DNA from: an uncultured Anaerolineaceae bacterium
Lineage (GTDB): Bacteria > Chloroflexota > Anaerolineae > Anaerolineales > Anaerolineaceae
Assembly (NCBI GenBank): GCA_937863605.1
Contig: CALMGN010000035.1
Coordinates: 1-60,329 of the forward strand
Reading direction: 5' to 3'
DNA length: 60,329 nucleotides
The notes under the pieces were generated by a model, which ran no database searches, was not told the DNA's origin, and saw only the letters and a list, made by a program, of their open reading frames with translations. The position numbers and the translations under genes are program-made. Shown piece after piece: positions 27,700 to 37,094 of this stretch. Each line of letters starts with the position of its first letter. Position 1 is the first letter of the stretch.

Positions 27700-29811
27700 G
27701 TGAAAAACGAAGTCTTAAACAGCCTGCTAACGCCAAAGTCCGTTGCCGTGGTTGGCGCATCCGCTACCCCCGGCAAAATCGGTTATTCGGTGATGAAAAA
27801 CCTGATCGACGGCGGTTACCCGGGCGCAATCTACCCGATCAACCCCAGCGCCACGGATATTCTTGGTATCAAGTGCTATTCCTCCATCATGGACGTCCCC
27901 GGTACGGTTGATGCCGCCATTATTACGGTTCCCGCGAAGCTGGTGGACAGCGTGACCGATGAGTTGGGACGCAAAGGCGTCAAAGGCATGATTGTGATTT
28001 CCTCGGGTTATTCCGAGGTTGGCAATCGCGACCTCGAGGAGGCGTTGGTCAAAAAAGCGAACGGCTACGGCATGCGTGTCCTTGGACCGAATATTGTGGG
28101 CGTACTCTCCAATACGGATAAATTCAACGGGTCGTTCGCCCCATTCCTGCCCCTACCGGGAAAAGCCTCTTTGGTCTCCCAGTCTGGCGCCCTGCTGATC
28201 GCGCTCGATGCCGCCACCTACACCCGCCGCGTCGGCTTTGACAAACTCATTTCCATCGGTAACATGTCGGATGTTGATTTCGCCGATATTGTCGCATGGC
28301 TCGACAACGACCCGAACACCTCCTGCATCACCTTGTACATCGAAGGCTTTAAAGACGGACGGGCATTCATTGATGCTGCCCGTAAAGCCAACAAACCAAT
28401 CATCGCTCTGAAAGCCGGCGTTTCTGCCCATGGTGCCGCGGCCGCTGCTTCCCACACCGGGTCACTGGCCGGCGCGGCCAAAGTTTACGGCGCTGCCTTC
28501 CAGCAGGCCGGCGTTATCCAGGCAACCGATTTGGACAACCTGTTCGACCGCACCCTGGCGCTGTCGCTGCAACCCCCGATGAAGGGTGACAATTTGCTCA
28601 TCATTACCAACGGCGGTGGAGTTGGCGTGCTGGCGACCGATGCCGCGGAACGTTCCGGTTTACCGCTGAAATTTGCCCCGAAAGATGTGCAAGTCGAGTT
28701 GAAGAAGCACATGCCGGAATTTGGTTCCGCCAAGAACCCGGTGGACCTGACGGGTATGGCTGGTAATGACTGGTACGGCGATTCGGTTCGCTATTCCTTT
28801 GCCCATCCCTGGACCGAAGGGCTGGTGGTGCTCTACTGCGAAACCGCCATCACCGACCCGATGCAGATTGCCCAGGCGATCAAGAAATCGGTCGATGAAT
28901 CCGGTGTCAAGGATAAACCGATTACCGTCTCCTTCGTTGGCGGCGAGAAATCCGAAGTTGCCATGCGCTGGCTGGTTGAAAACGGTATTCCAGCGTACGG
29001 CGCTCCCGATGTTGCGGTGGATGCGATTGCATCTCTGCGCGAGTTCTCCCGCATGAAAGCGCTGTCCCTCCAGACCACCGAGCCTTGCGCGGCGTACGAC
29101 TCCGAAGCTGCTCGAGAGGTGATCCGCAAAGCCCGCGCTGACGGACGCGACTCGCTGACCGAGATCGAAGCCAAACAGGTCTTCTCGGCCTACGGCATGC
29201 CCGTCACCAGCACTGAATTGTCCAGAACAGAAGATGAAGCCGTCGCATTGGCTAAGAAGGTTGGCTTCCCGGTTGTAATGAAGATCGTCTCCCCCGACAT
29301 CCTGCACAAATCGGATGCCGGCGGTGTGAAAGTCAACATCAAAGACGAAGCTGGTGTCCGCGATGCCTTCAAAACCATCATGAAGAATGCCAAAGTATAC
29401 AAGGCTGCTGCCAACATTCACGGTATCGCGATCCAGGAAATGGCACCCTGGGGTACAGAGGTCATCCTTGGTTCGGTCAACGACCCGACCTTTGGTCCAA
29501 CCATGATGTTCGGCCTTGGCGGTATCTTCGTTGAAGTCCTCAAGGATGTCACCTTCCGCGTTGCGCCGGTCGCCGATACCCAGGCGCGCCGCATGTTGGA
29601 CGAAATTCGCGGCGCCCCTATCCTGGCAGGTGTCCGCGGTGAAGAACCGCGCGACCGGCAAGCCCTGTCCGAGGTTATTTGCCAGTACTCGACCATGATT
29701 ATCGATCTGAAGGATGAAATCGCCGAGTCGGACGCCAACCCGGTGTTGGTGTACGAAATCGGTGCCGGCCTTAAAGTGGTCGATGCCCGCATCATCCTCA
29801 AGAAAAAGTAA
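27700..29811 (+). CDS. ADP-forming acetate/acyl-CoA ligase, fused alpha+beta subunits
   Basis: CoA-binding VGAS..PGKIG, SQSGA, phospho-His ASHTGSLAG, TNGGG, NPVDLTG and ATP-grasp HKSDAGGV. GTG start 7 nt after AGGAGG. Confidence 0.9.
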   Translation: MKNEVLNSLLTPKSVAVVGASATPGKIGYSVMKNLIDGGYPGAIYPINPSATDILGIKCYSSIMDVPGTVDAAIITVPAKLVDSVTDELGRKGVKGMIVISSGYSEVGNRDLEEALVKKANGYGMRVLGPNIVGVLSNTDKFNGSFAPFLPLPGKASLVSQSGALLIALDAATYTRRVGFDKLISIGNMSDVDFADIVAWLDNDPNTSCITLYIEGFKDGRAFIDAARKANKPIIALKAGVSAHGAAAAASHTGSLAGAAKVYGAAFQQAGVIQATDLDNLFDRTLALSLQPPMKGDNLLIITNGGGVGVLATDAAERSGLPLKFAPKDVQVELKKHMPEFGSAKNPVDLTGMAGNDWYGDSVRYSFAHPWTEGLVVLYCETAITDPMQIAQAIKKSVDESGVKDKPITVSFVGGEKSEVAMRWLVENGIPAYGAPDVAVDAIASLREFSRMKALSLQTTEPCAAYDSEAAREVIRKARADGRDSLTEIEAKQVFSAYGMPVTSTELSRTEDEAVALAKKVGFPVVMKIVSPDILHKSDAGGVKVNIKDEAGVRDAFKTIMKNAKVYKAAANIHGIAIQEMAPWGTEVILGSVNDPTFGPTMMFGLGGIFVEVLKDVTFRVAPVADTQARRMLDEIRGAPILAGVRGEEPRDRQALSEVICQYSTMIIDLKDEIAESDANPVLVYEIGAGLKVVDARIILKKK

Positions 29812-29825
29812 ATCGCACAAGAATC

Positions 29826-29859
29826 AAAGACCTCCCCGAAATTGGGGAGGTCTTTTTTT
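29826..29859 (+). terminator. Intrinsic terminator
   Basis: AAAGACCTCCCC-loop-GGGGAGGTC followed by a T-run. Confidence 0.88.
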
Positions 29860-29860
29860 G

Positions 29861-29983
29861 TGTCATCGCGAGCCGTGAAGCGGCGATCTACGCTGATGGG
29901 ACAACACTCCACTTCCATCAACTGGCATAACTTTCAACCGATGCAGTTTGCTTCGTCGCAAAGAACGCACCGTCGCATTGACA
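29861..29983. repeat. REP-like palindromic element
   Basis: Left end TGTCATCGCGAG...GGCGATCT; right end TTTGCTTCG...TCGCATTGACA, forming an imperfect terminal inverted repeat. Confidence 0.6.
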
Positions 29984-29984
29984 A

Positions 29985-30398
29985 TTAACCCCTCCGAAAT
30001 CTTTCGTATGCTCCGACCCACGGTTGGCCAATCCGGTTGCGTTCCGGGATGGTAATCTTGTTCAATTTCTGCGCAATTTTGGCCGTATTCATGGCGATCT
30101 GCGCCCAATCTTCTGCCTTAAGTGCACTGCGCATGCTGCGCCCCAACGTTCCAGTCCATTCCCACTCCATGCGGAAGCGGTCTGCCTTGACCCAGTAATC
30201 ACGTTTCTCCCAGGCCTGGACCGAAACATCGATGGATGCGGCTATTTCTTCCAGTGCCAGGGTCATAAAAGACGCCAGGTCGTGCGCCTGGGCATTGGGC
30301 TCAGGTTGTTTCATCAATTCACGGATTGCCAGGACGATCGCCCGTGTCAGTTGGTTGCGCTGTTTGCCAGCGCTTTCGGGATTGATTACACAGCTCAA
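29985..30398 (-). CDS. Hypothetical helical protein
   Basis: 137-aa ORF with a TTG start after AAGGAG and a protein-like Trp-rich motif AWEKRDYWVKADRFRMEWEW. Confidence 0.75.
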   Translation of the reverse strand: MSCVINPESAGKQRNQLTRAIVLAIRELMKQPEPNAQAHDLASFMTLALEEIAASIDVSVQAWEKRDYWVKADRFRMEWEWTGTLGRSMRSALKAEDWAQIAMNTAKIAQKLNKITIPERNRIGQPWVGAYERFRRG

Positions 30399-30528
30399 GG
30401 ATCAGTCTCCTTCATTAATTTCAATCTCCCAAAAATGACAGGCCGATTATATCCTATAGAACGCTAATAAAGAATTTACAAAACTACAAGTCCCGGGCAT
30501 GGTATAATTCCCGCGCGAAAATTGCGAT

Positions 30529-30610
30529 GGGGAAGTGTCGGAATTGGCAGACGAGCGTGGCTTAGGACCACGTGCCGCGAGGCGTGCGGGTTCAAGTCCC
30601 GCCTTCCCCA
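30529..30610 (+). tRNA. tRNA-Leu (anticodon TAG)
   Basis: Acceptor stem GGGGAAG/CTTCCCC, anticodon arm CGTGG-CTTAGGA-CCACG, long variable arm, GGTTCAAGTCC T-arm. TGGTATAAT lies upstream at 30500-30508. Confidence 0.95.
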
Positions 30611-30646
30611 CTCAATGCAAAAAATAAAACATAAAGGAAAATCAAG

Positions 30647-32092
30647 TTGAAACTCGACGTCCAACCCCTTGAAGACCATCAGGTTAAAGTAATCGCTGAA
30701 TTGGAACCGGCGGTATTGGAAGATTTCATGCGCCGTGCTGCCCGGAAGGTCTCGCGCGAGACACGCATTCCCGGTTTTCGCCCCGGAAAAGCCCCCTACG
30801 ACATGGTCCGTCGCCACGTTGGGGAAGAAGCGCTGCAACAGCAGGCAGTCGAAGATCTGATCGACGAATATTACCCCAAGATCCTCGACGAAGCCCAAAT
30901 CAAACCCGGCGCAGTCGGCTCGCTGGAAGAGGTTGTCAGCGTCAATCCCCCCAAGTTCTCCTTTATCATTCCGCTCGAGCCCACCGTCGAACTAGGCGCC
31001 TACAAAGATATCCGTCTGGATTACAACCTGGAAGCGGTCAAGGATGAGGATGTGGATGAATTCATCCAACGCCTGCGCACCAATTACGCTACCGCCGAAC
31101 CCGTGGAACGCCCGGCCGAAGATGGCGATCTGGTTTACGTTAAATTCAGCGGCAAGTTGACCAAACCGGCTGAAGGCGAAGACGAAAATATCTTCCCCGA
31201 ACGGCCCGCTCAGTTTATCGTCGGCAATGACGTCATTCAGAATCGCGACTGGCCTTACCCAGGCTTCAACGAGTCGCTGAAGGGTCTCTCGGCCGGCGAC
31301 GAAAAAATCGCGAAGCATAAATTTGCTAAAGATGAGAAGGATGAGGCGCTGAAAGGCAAGACCGTTGAATTCAAGGTCAACGTTCAGAGCATTAAGGCGC
31401 TGCACCTGCCTGAATTGAACGATGAATTCGCTCAGACAGTTGGCCAATTCGAGAACATTGCTGATCTGCGCAAAGCGGTTCAAGACCAATTGGAAGCTAC
31501 CAAAAAGGACGAGGCTGACGACGCTTATTACACTGCGCTGATCGACAAGGTGGTCGAAGGCGCGACCATCAAATTCCCACCGCAGGTCCTCGACCACGAG
31601 GTCGAGCATATGATGGAACACGTCAAAGAGGACGTTGGGCGTCAGGGAATGGAACTGGACGCCTACTTCAAGATGATCGACAAGGACCGTGAAAAGTATA
31701 TCGAAGACGAAGTCCGCCCGGCAGCCCGCCGCCGCATTGCCCGTTCGCTGGTGATGGATGAGCTTGCCCGTGCCGAGGAAGTCAAACTGGAACAGGACGA
31801 CTACAACGAGGCTATTACTGCCACTGTCTCCCAGTTGCAATCGCAACCCAAACCACGCAAAGCCAAAGAAAAAGTCAGTCCTGACCTGGTCAACGACATG
31901 ACCATGAATGAACTGTCGCGTAAATTCAATATCAAAGTTCTTGAACGGATGAAGGCGATAGCCACCGGTCACGGCGATGATGCTGCCCAGCCTGCTGAAG
32001 GTGAAACTCCCGTCGAAGGTGAAACTGCAAAGGCCAAAAAACCGGCCGCCCCCAGAAAACCGCGGGCCAAGGCGAAGCCAAAAACCGAATAA
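30647..32092 (+). CDS. tig: Trigger factor
   Basis: IPGFRPGKAP signature, FKBP-like domain and LPELNDEFA. Confidence 0.95.
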   Translation: MKLDVQPLEDHQVKVIAELEPAVLEDFMRRAARKVSRETRIPGFRPGKAPYDMVRRHVGEEALQQQAVEDLIDEYYPKILDEAQIKPGAVGSLEEVVSVNPPKFSFIIPLEPTVELGAYKDIRLDYNLEAVKDEDVDEFIQRLRTNYATAEPVERPAEDGDLVYVKFSGKLTKPAEGEDENIFPERPAQFIVGNDVIQNRDWPYPGFNESLKGLSAGDEKIAKHKFAKDEKDEALKGKTVEFKVNVQSIKALHLPELNDEFAQTVGQFENIADLRKAVQDQLEATKKDEADDAYYTALIDKVVEGATIKFPPQVLDHEVEHMMEHVKEDVGRQGMELDAYFKMIDKDREKYIEDEVRPAARRRIARSLVMDELARAEEVKLEQDDYNEAITATVSQLQSQPKPRKAKEKVSPDLVNDMTMNELSRKFNIKVLERMKAIATGHGDDAAQPAEGETPVEGETAKAKKPAAPRKPRAKAKPKTE

Positions 32093-32131
32093 GAACTTCT
32101 CCTTTTTTCAGAAAGGTTTACAGGAAAAAGA

Positions 32132-32737
32132 ATGAGCATTTCTAATTTTCAAAATGTTATCCCGATGGTGATCGAATCGACGGGACGCGGCGAACGTGCT
32201 TATGACATCTACTCGCTGCTGCTGAAAGAACGCATCATTTTTGTCGGCACCCCCATCGATGATCAAATCGCCAACCTGATCGTAGCCCAACTGCTCTACC
32301 TGAGCAACGAGGACCCCGAACGCGGCATCCAGATGTACATCAACTCGCCCGGCGGAATGATCTATGCGGGAATGGCGATCTACGACACCATGCGGATGAT
32401 CCCTAACAAGATTAGTACCTTCGCGGTAGGCGTAACCGCCTCATTTGGTACTGTTCTGTTAGCCGCCGGCACCAAAGGTCAACGCTACGCGCTGCCCAAT
32501 GCCACCATTCACATGCACCAGCCGCTCGGAGGTGCGCAGGGTCAGGCTTCGGACATCGAGATTCAGGCCAAAGAGATCCTGCGTCTGAAAGCCAACCTCA
32601 ACCAGATTATGTCTGACAGCACCGGCCAGCCGCTCGAGGTGATCGAGCGCGACACGGAGCGCGACTTCTACATGGACGCCCAGGCTGCCGTAAATTACGG
32701 CCTGGTGGACCAGGTACTGCACCAACCTGTCAAATAA
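32132..32737 (+). CDS. clpP: ATP-dependent Clp protease proteolytic subunit
   Basis: [24 protein letters not shown] (catalytic Ser), HQP and ERDFYM. Confidence 0.96.
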   Translation: MSISNFQNVIPMVIESTGRGERAYDIYSLLLKERIIFVGTPIDDQIANLIVAQLLYLSNEDPERGIQMYINSPGGMIYAGMAIYDTMRMIPNKISTFAVGVTASFGTVLLAAGTKGQRYALPNATIHMHQPLGGAQGQASDIEIQAKEILRLKANLNQIMSDSTGQPLEVIERDTERDFYMDAQAAVNYGLVDQVLHQPVK

Positions 32738-32826
32738 GGACGGCAAGTCCGCCTGATTTATCAGCCCAAAATGCCGGATGGCCGCTGCTGTCCGGCATTC
32801 TCATTCATCCAATCCGTGGGGAAGCT

Positions 32827-33609
32827 ATGCTAAGCAGCTTGCAACCTAAAATCAGAGCCTTGGTCCTTGACATGGACGGCGTCCTTTGGCGGGGGTCCCA
32901 GCCCGTCGGCGACCTGGCAGCCGTATTTGCCCGCATCGAAATGCTCGGGTTGAAGGTCATTTGCGCAACGAATAACTCGACCAGCACCCCGGAACAGTTC
33001 GCTGAAAAACTGGCGGGAATGGGCGCCCAGCTTGCCCCCCAATTCATCCTGAATTCGGCGCTGGCTGCAGCCCATTACTTGAAAAGACAGCACCCGGAAG
33101 GCGGTCCGGTATTCCTGGTGGGCGAGATCGGCTTGATGCAAGCCTTGCAGGAATCGGGTTTCTGGCAGGCGGAAAAAGATGTACTCGCGGTTGTGGCTGG
33201 CATGGACCGCCAGTTCAGCTATGCGAAGCTCGCTGCTGCCACCCGGCTGATCCGAAATGGCGCTCCGTTTATCGGCACCAACCCGGATAAAACTTTCCCG
33301 ACTCCCGATGGTCTGGCGCCCGGTTCGGGTTCGATGCTGGCAGCCATCGAGGCAGCTTCAGGCGTGATCCCAACAATTATAGGGAAACCATTCCCCTACT
33401 TATACCAGGTCGCTCTCGAACGCCTGGGGACCAGTCCGATGGAGACTCTAGCAGTCGGAGACCGGTTGGAGACCGACATTCTTGGCGGTCAACGGGCTGG
33501 CATGCGCACTGCGCTGGTGCTGTCCGGTGTATCCTCCCGCTACGACCTGGCGGACTGGGCTTCCCCGCCCGATCTGGTTGCGACCGATCTATCTGAACTA
33601 TTGGGGTAA
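32827..33609 (+). CDS. HAD-IIA family hydrolase (NagD-like)
   Basis: DMDGVL, TNNS, GTNPD, GKP and VGDRLETDI. Confidence 0.9.
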   Translation: MLSSLQPKIRALVLDMDGVLWRGSQPVGDLAAVFARIEMLGLKVICATNNSTSTPEQFAEKLAGMGAQLAPQFILNSALAAAHYLKRQHPEGGPVFLVGEIGLMQALQESGFWQAEKDVLAVVAGMDRQFSYAKLAAATRLIRNGAPFIGTNPDKTFPTPDGLAPGSGSMLAAIEAASGVIPTIIGKPFPYLYQVALERLGTSPMETLAVGDRLETDILGGQRAGMRTALVLSGVSSRYDLADWASPPDLVATDLSELLG

Positions 33610-33615
33610 TCGTAC

Positions 33616-33882
33616 TTCATTCTCGGCACATATAGGCCATCCTGAGCACTCATGGGTCCTCCTGGGCACTCATTCGTCATCCTGAGCACTCATGGGTCAT
33701 CCTGAGCACTCATGGGTCATCCTGGGCACTCATTAGTCATCCTGGGCACACATGGGTCATCCTGAGCACTCATTAGCCATCCTGAACACTTATGGGTCAT
33801 CCTGAGCACTCATTAGCCATCCTGAACACTTATGGGTCATCCTGAGCACTCATGGGTCATCCTGAGCGTAGCGAAGGATCTC
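33616..33882. repeat. 20-bp tandem repeat array (consensus GTCATCCTGAGCACTCATGG) ending in a REP-like element
   Basis: Eleven 20-bp units at 33636-33855 plus one degenerate unit at 33616, followed by GTCATCCTGAGCGTAGCGAAGGATCTC. Confidence 0.95.
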
Positions 33883-33971
33883 TCCGCCCTGACTTTAACC
33901 AATCCCAATCGCGCTATTACAAACCTGCTCAATGGTAGAATCGAATAGTCGCACCACCGGAAGGAATCAGC

Positions 33972-35042
33972 ATGATGGATAACCCCCGCCGTTTGATTTT
34001 TGACCTCGACCTCCCCGAATTGGAGCAGGTATTTTCGGCTGCCGGAGAGCCTGTTTACCGGGCCAGGCAGGTCTGGCAGGGACTTTACCACCAGTTGTGG
34101 AATCAGTCCGCGCAATTCACCAACCTGCCAAAAACGCTGCGCGAATGGCTGGCGGAAACCTTTGTCTTTCAAAACCTGACCCCTGACCAGGTGTTGTATT
34201 CCACTGACCGCGAAACCCGCAAGACCCTGTTCCTTTTACCGGACGGACGCGCGATCGAAGCGGTGATAATGCATTACGACCGCCGCAAGACCCTGTGTAT
34301 TTCCACCCAGGCCGGCTGTGCCATGGGCTGTGTTTTTTGCGCAACCGGTCAAATGGGCTTCAAACGGCACCTGACCAGCGGCGAGATTGTGGAACAGGTG
34401 TTGTATTACGCCCGTATGCTGCGCGCCGAGGGCGAACAGGTGACGAACGTGGTATTCATGGGCATGGGCGAGCCATTCCACAACTATGAGGCCACCATGA
34501 GCGCTATTCACCGCCTGAACCATCCGGACGGCATGAACCTGGGTGCGCGCCGCTTTACGATTTCAACGGTCGGGCTGGTACCGGTGATCAAGCGCTTTGC
34601 TGACGAGAAAAGCCAGGTTAACCTGGCGATCAGTCTGCACGCCGCCAATGATGAGCTGCGCTCCAGTATGCTGCCGATCAACCGCAAATACCCCATCGCC
34701 GACCTGATATCAGCCTGCCGCGAATATATTGAAAAGACCGGCCGTCGTCTGACTTTCGAATGGGCGCTCATTCAGGATGTGAACGACTCGGTGGAGACCG
34801 CCCGGGAATTAAGCAACCTCCTCAGAGGCATGATCGCACACGTCAATGTCATTCCGCTCAACCCGACCCATAAGTATGCGGGCAAGGGCAGCACTCGCGA
34901 GCGGGCAGCAGCCTTTAAAGCCGAGGTGGAAAAAGTGGGTATCCCCTGCACTGTTCGCATGCGCCGAGGCATCGATATTCAAGCCGGGTGCGGCCAGTTG
35001 GCGACCCGGGCGGCCGAAAATAGCCTGACCCATCCCCTATGA
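33972..35042 (+). CDS. rlmN: Dual-specificity rRNA/tRNA methyltransferase RlmN (radical SAM)
   Basis: CISTQAGCAMGCVFCATG, FMGMGEP, ISLHA and IQAGCGQL. Confidence 0.96.
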   Translation: MMDNPRRLIFDLDLPELEQVFSAAGEPVYRARQVWQGLYHQLWNQSAQFTNLPKTLREWLAETFVFQNLTPDQVLYSTDRETRKTLFLLPDGRAIEAVIMHYDRRKTLCISTQAGCAMGCVFCATGQMGFKRHLTSGEIVEQVLYYARMLRAEGEQVTNVVFMGMGEPFHNYEATMSAIHRLNHPDGMNLGARRFTISTVGLVPVIKRFADEKSQVNLAISLHAANDELRSSMLPINRKYPIADLISACREYIEKTGRRLTFEWALIQDVNDSVETARELSNLLRGMIAHVNVIPLNPTHKYAGKGSTRERAAAFKAEVEKVGIPCTVRMRRGIDIQAGCGQLATRAAENSLTHPL

Positions 35043-35057
35043 TATAATCTCTGCGCT

Positions 35058-35969
35058 ATGGCTGAATTCTTCAACAAATGGAAACAAGCGCTTAATCGCA
35101 CCAGCAAAGCCGCTTTTGGACGCCTGGCAACCGTATTTGGCGCAACTGAAATCGATGAAACCACCTGGGAAGCCCTGGAAGCGCTGCTCCTCCAGGCTGA
35201 CCTGGGGATTGCCACGACCGGCGAGGTCGTCACCGCCCTGCAGAAGCGAGTCTTGCAGGAGGGTATTACCAGCGCGCAGGAGTTGAGCGGCATCCTACGG
35301 TCTGAATTGCTGGCGCGGCTTGACGCACCGCCAGAGCTGGATTTTAAGGCACACAAACCTGCTGTGATTTTAATTGTTGGCGTGAACGGTTCCGGCAAGA
35401 CCACCACCATTGCCAAACTAGGCCGGCAGTTTAGCGAACAAGGCAAAACGGTGATTCTGGCGGCTGCGGATACCTTCCGCGCTGCAGCGGTTGAGCAGTT
35501 GCAGGTGTGGGCTGACCGTCTGGACATCCCGATTATCACCGGGCAGCCCAACGGCGATCCTGGGGCGGTCGCGTACGATGCCATCCAAGCTGGCGTCGCC
35601 CGCAAGGTTGACCTGGTACTGGTGGATACCGCCGGGCGGCTGCATACCCGCACCAATTTGATGGAAGAGTTGAAAAAAGTTTACCGGGTCAGCGGCAAGG
35701 CGCTGGAAGGGGCACCGCATGCCGTCTGGCTGGTGCTGGACGCGACCACCGGGCAGAACGCCCTGCAGCAGGCGCGAGTCTTCAAGGATGCCGTCAAGGT
35801 CACCGGCGTTATCCTGGCAAAACTCGACTCGTCCGCCCGCGGGGGAATGGCTTTTGCCATTCAGAAGGAGTTGGGCATTCCCATCCTCTACGCCGGGTTA
35901 GGTGAGAAATCGGAAGATCTGGAAAAATTTAACCGCGAATCCTTCGTGGATGGCATATTAAGTTCTTAG
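35058..35969 (+). CDS. ftsY: SRP receptor FtsY (short, NG domain only)
   Basis: GVNGSGKTTT, DTFRAAA, DTAGR, DATTGQN and GLGE. Confidence 0.96.
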   Translation: MAEFFNKWKQALNRTSKAAFGRLATVFGATEIDETTWEALEALLLQADLGIATTGEVVTALQKRVLQEGITSAQELSGILRSELLARLDAPPELDFKAHKPAVILIVGVNGSGKTTTIAKLGRQFSEQGKTVILAAADTFRAAAVEQLQVWADRLDIPIITGQPNGDPGAVAYDAIQAGVARKVDLVLVDTAGRLHTRTNLMEELKKVYRVSGKALEGAPHAVWLVLDATTGQNALQQARVFKDAVKVTGVILAKLDSSARGGMAFAIQKELGIPILYAGLGEKSEDLEKFNRESFVDGILSS

Positions 35970-35990
35970 CATATTGAAGGTGGAGGGATA

Positions 35991-37071
35991 ATGCAAGCGA
36001 TGGTCGAACGGCTGGCGGATGAACAAGCCAGAATCAAAGAATTAATGGTGCATCTTTGACTTCGATAAACTGAAGTCAGGGTTACTCGACCTCCAAAAGA
36101 CTTCGGAAGATCCCAATCTGTGGGACAATCCCGGGCGCGCCCAGCAGATCATGAAAAAGCTGGCAGACACCCGCAACGAAATTGAGTCCTGGGAAAAATT
36201 AGAAAAACGCATCCACGATCTCTTTGAGCTGGCGCAGTTGGAAGACGAGTCTTTGACGGCTGAAATTGAGCATGAAGCGGCCGCCATCCAACAGGAGCTT
36301 GACAAGCGCGAGCTGAGCACACTGCTATCTGGACCTTTTGACCGCGGCAACGCGCTGCTGACCATCAACGCCGGAGCCGGCGGTACTGATTCGCAAGATT
36401 GGGCGTCCATCCTCCAGCGCATGTACCTGCGTTGGGCCGAGCGCAGAGGCTATGAGACCGACATCATCGACCTGACCGAGGGCGAGGAAGCCGGTATCAA
36501 AACCGTCACCATCTCGGTCACCGGGCAATATGCTTACGGTTACCTGAGAACGGAAAAGGGGGTCCACCGCCTGGTGCGGCTCTCGCCATTTGATTCAGCC
36601 CACCGCCGCCACACTTCGTTCGCTCAGGTCGAAGTGCTGCCAGAAATCGAGGATGACTCGGAAATTGTCATTGGCCCGGATGATGTGCGCATTGATATTT
36701 TCAAATCATCCGGAGCGGGCGGCCAAAATGTGCAAAAAAACGCCACCGCTATCCGTCTGACCCATATCCCGACCGGAATAGTCGTTACCTGTCAGAATGA
36801 GCGCTCGCAGATGCAAAACCGCGAAAATGCTTTCCGGGTGCTCCGCGGCCGCCTAGCCACCATCCGGCAGGAAGAGCAGGATAAGCAGCTAGGAGAACTT
36901 CGCGGCGAATACCAGAAGGCCGAATGGGGTTCCCAAATCCGCTCCTACGTCCTGCACCCCTACCAGATGGTCAAAGATCACCGGACAGAATTTGAGGTCG
37001 GTAATACACAGGGCGTATTGGACGGCGAAATCGACGGGTTTATCGAAAGCTTCTTGCGCTGGCGGAAGTAA
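35991..37071 (+). CDS. prfB: Peptide chain release factor 2 with a programmed +1 frameshift at CTT TGA C (36054-36060)
   Basis: A 22-codon ORF from ATG 35991 ends in CTT-TGA-C. The +1 frame (GAC at 36058) is in frame with the 36151-37071 ORF, which carries SPF and GGQ. Confidence 0.95.
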
Positions 37072-37094
37072 AAAATTACCTCCCCTTTGGGTGG

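Noticed and set aside
28660-31972. Long antisense ORFs (28660-29820, 30992-31972; likewise 21540-22352, 26408-27211, 42628-43998)
   Set aside because: They are shadow frames opposite well-supported genes and have no recognisable motifs.
32132-32826. Absence of clpX after tig-clpP
   Set aside because: Gene-order variation is common, and clpX may lie elsewhere in the genome.
33616-33882. Possible CRISPR array
   Set aside because: The units are contiguous 20-mers with no unique spacers, and there are no cas genes in the window.
36151-37071. prfB as a truncated gene or pseudogene
   Set aside because: The missing N-terminus is supplied by the canonical CTT TGA C programmed frameshift.
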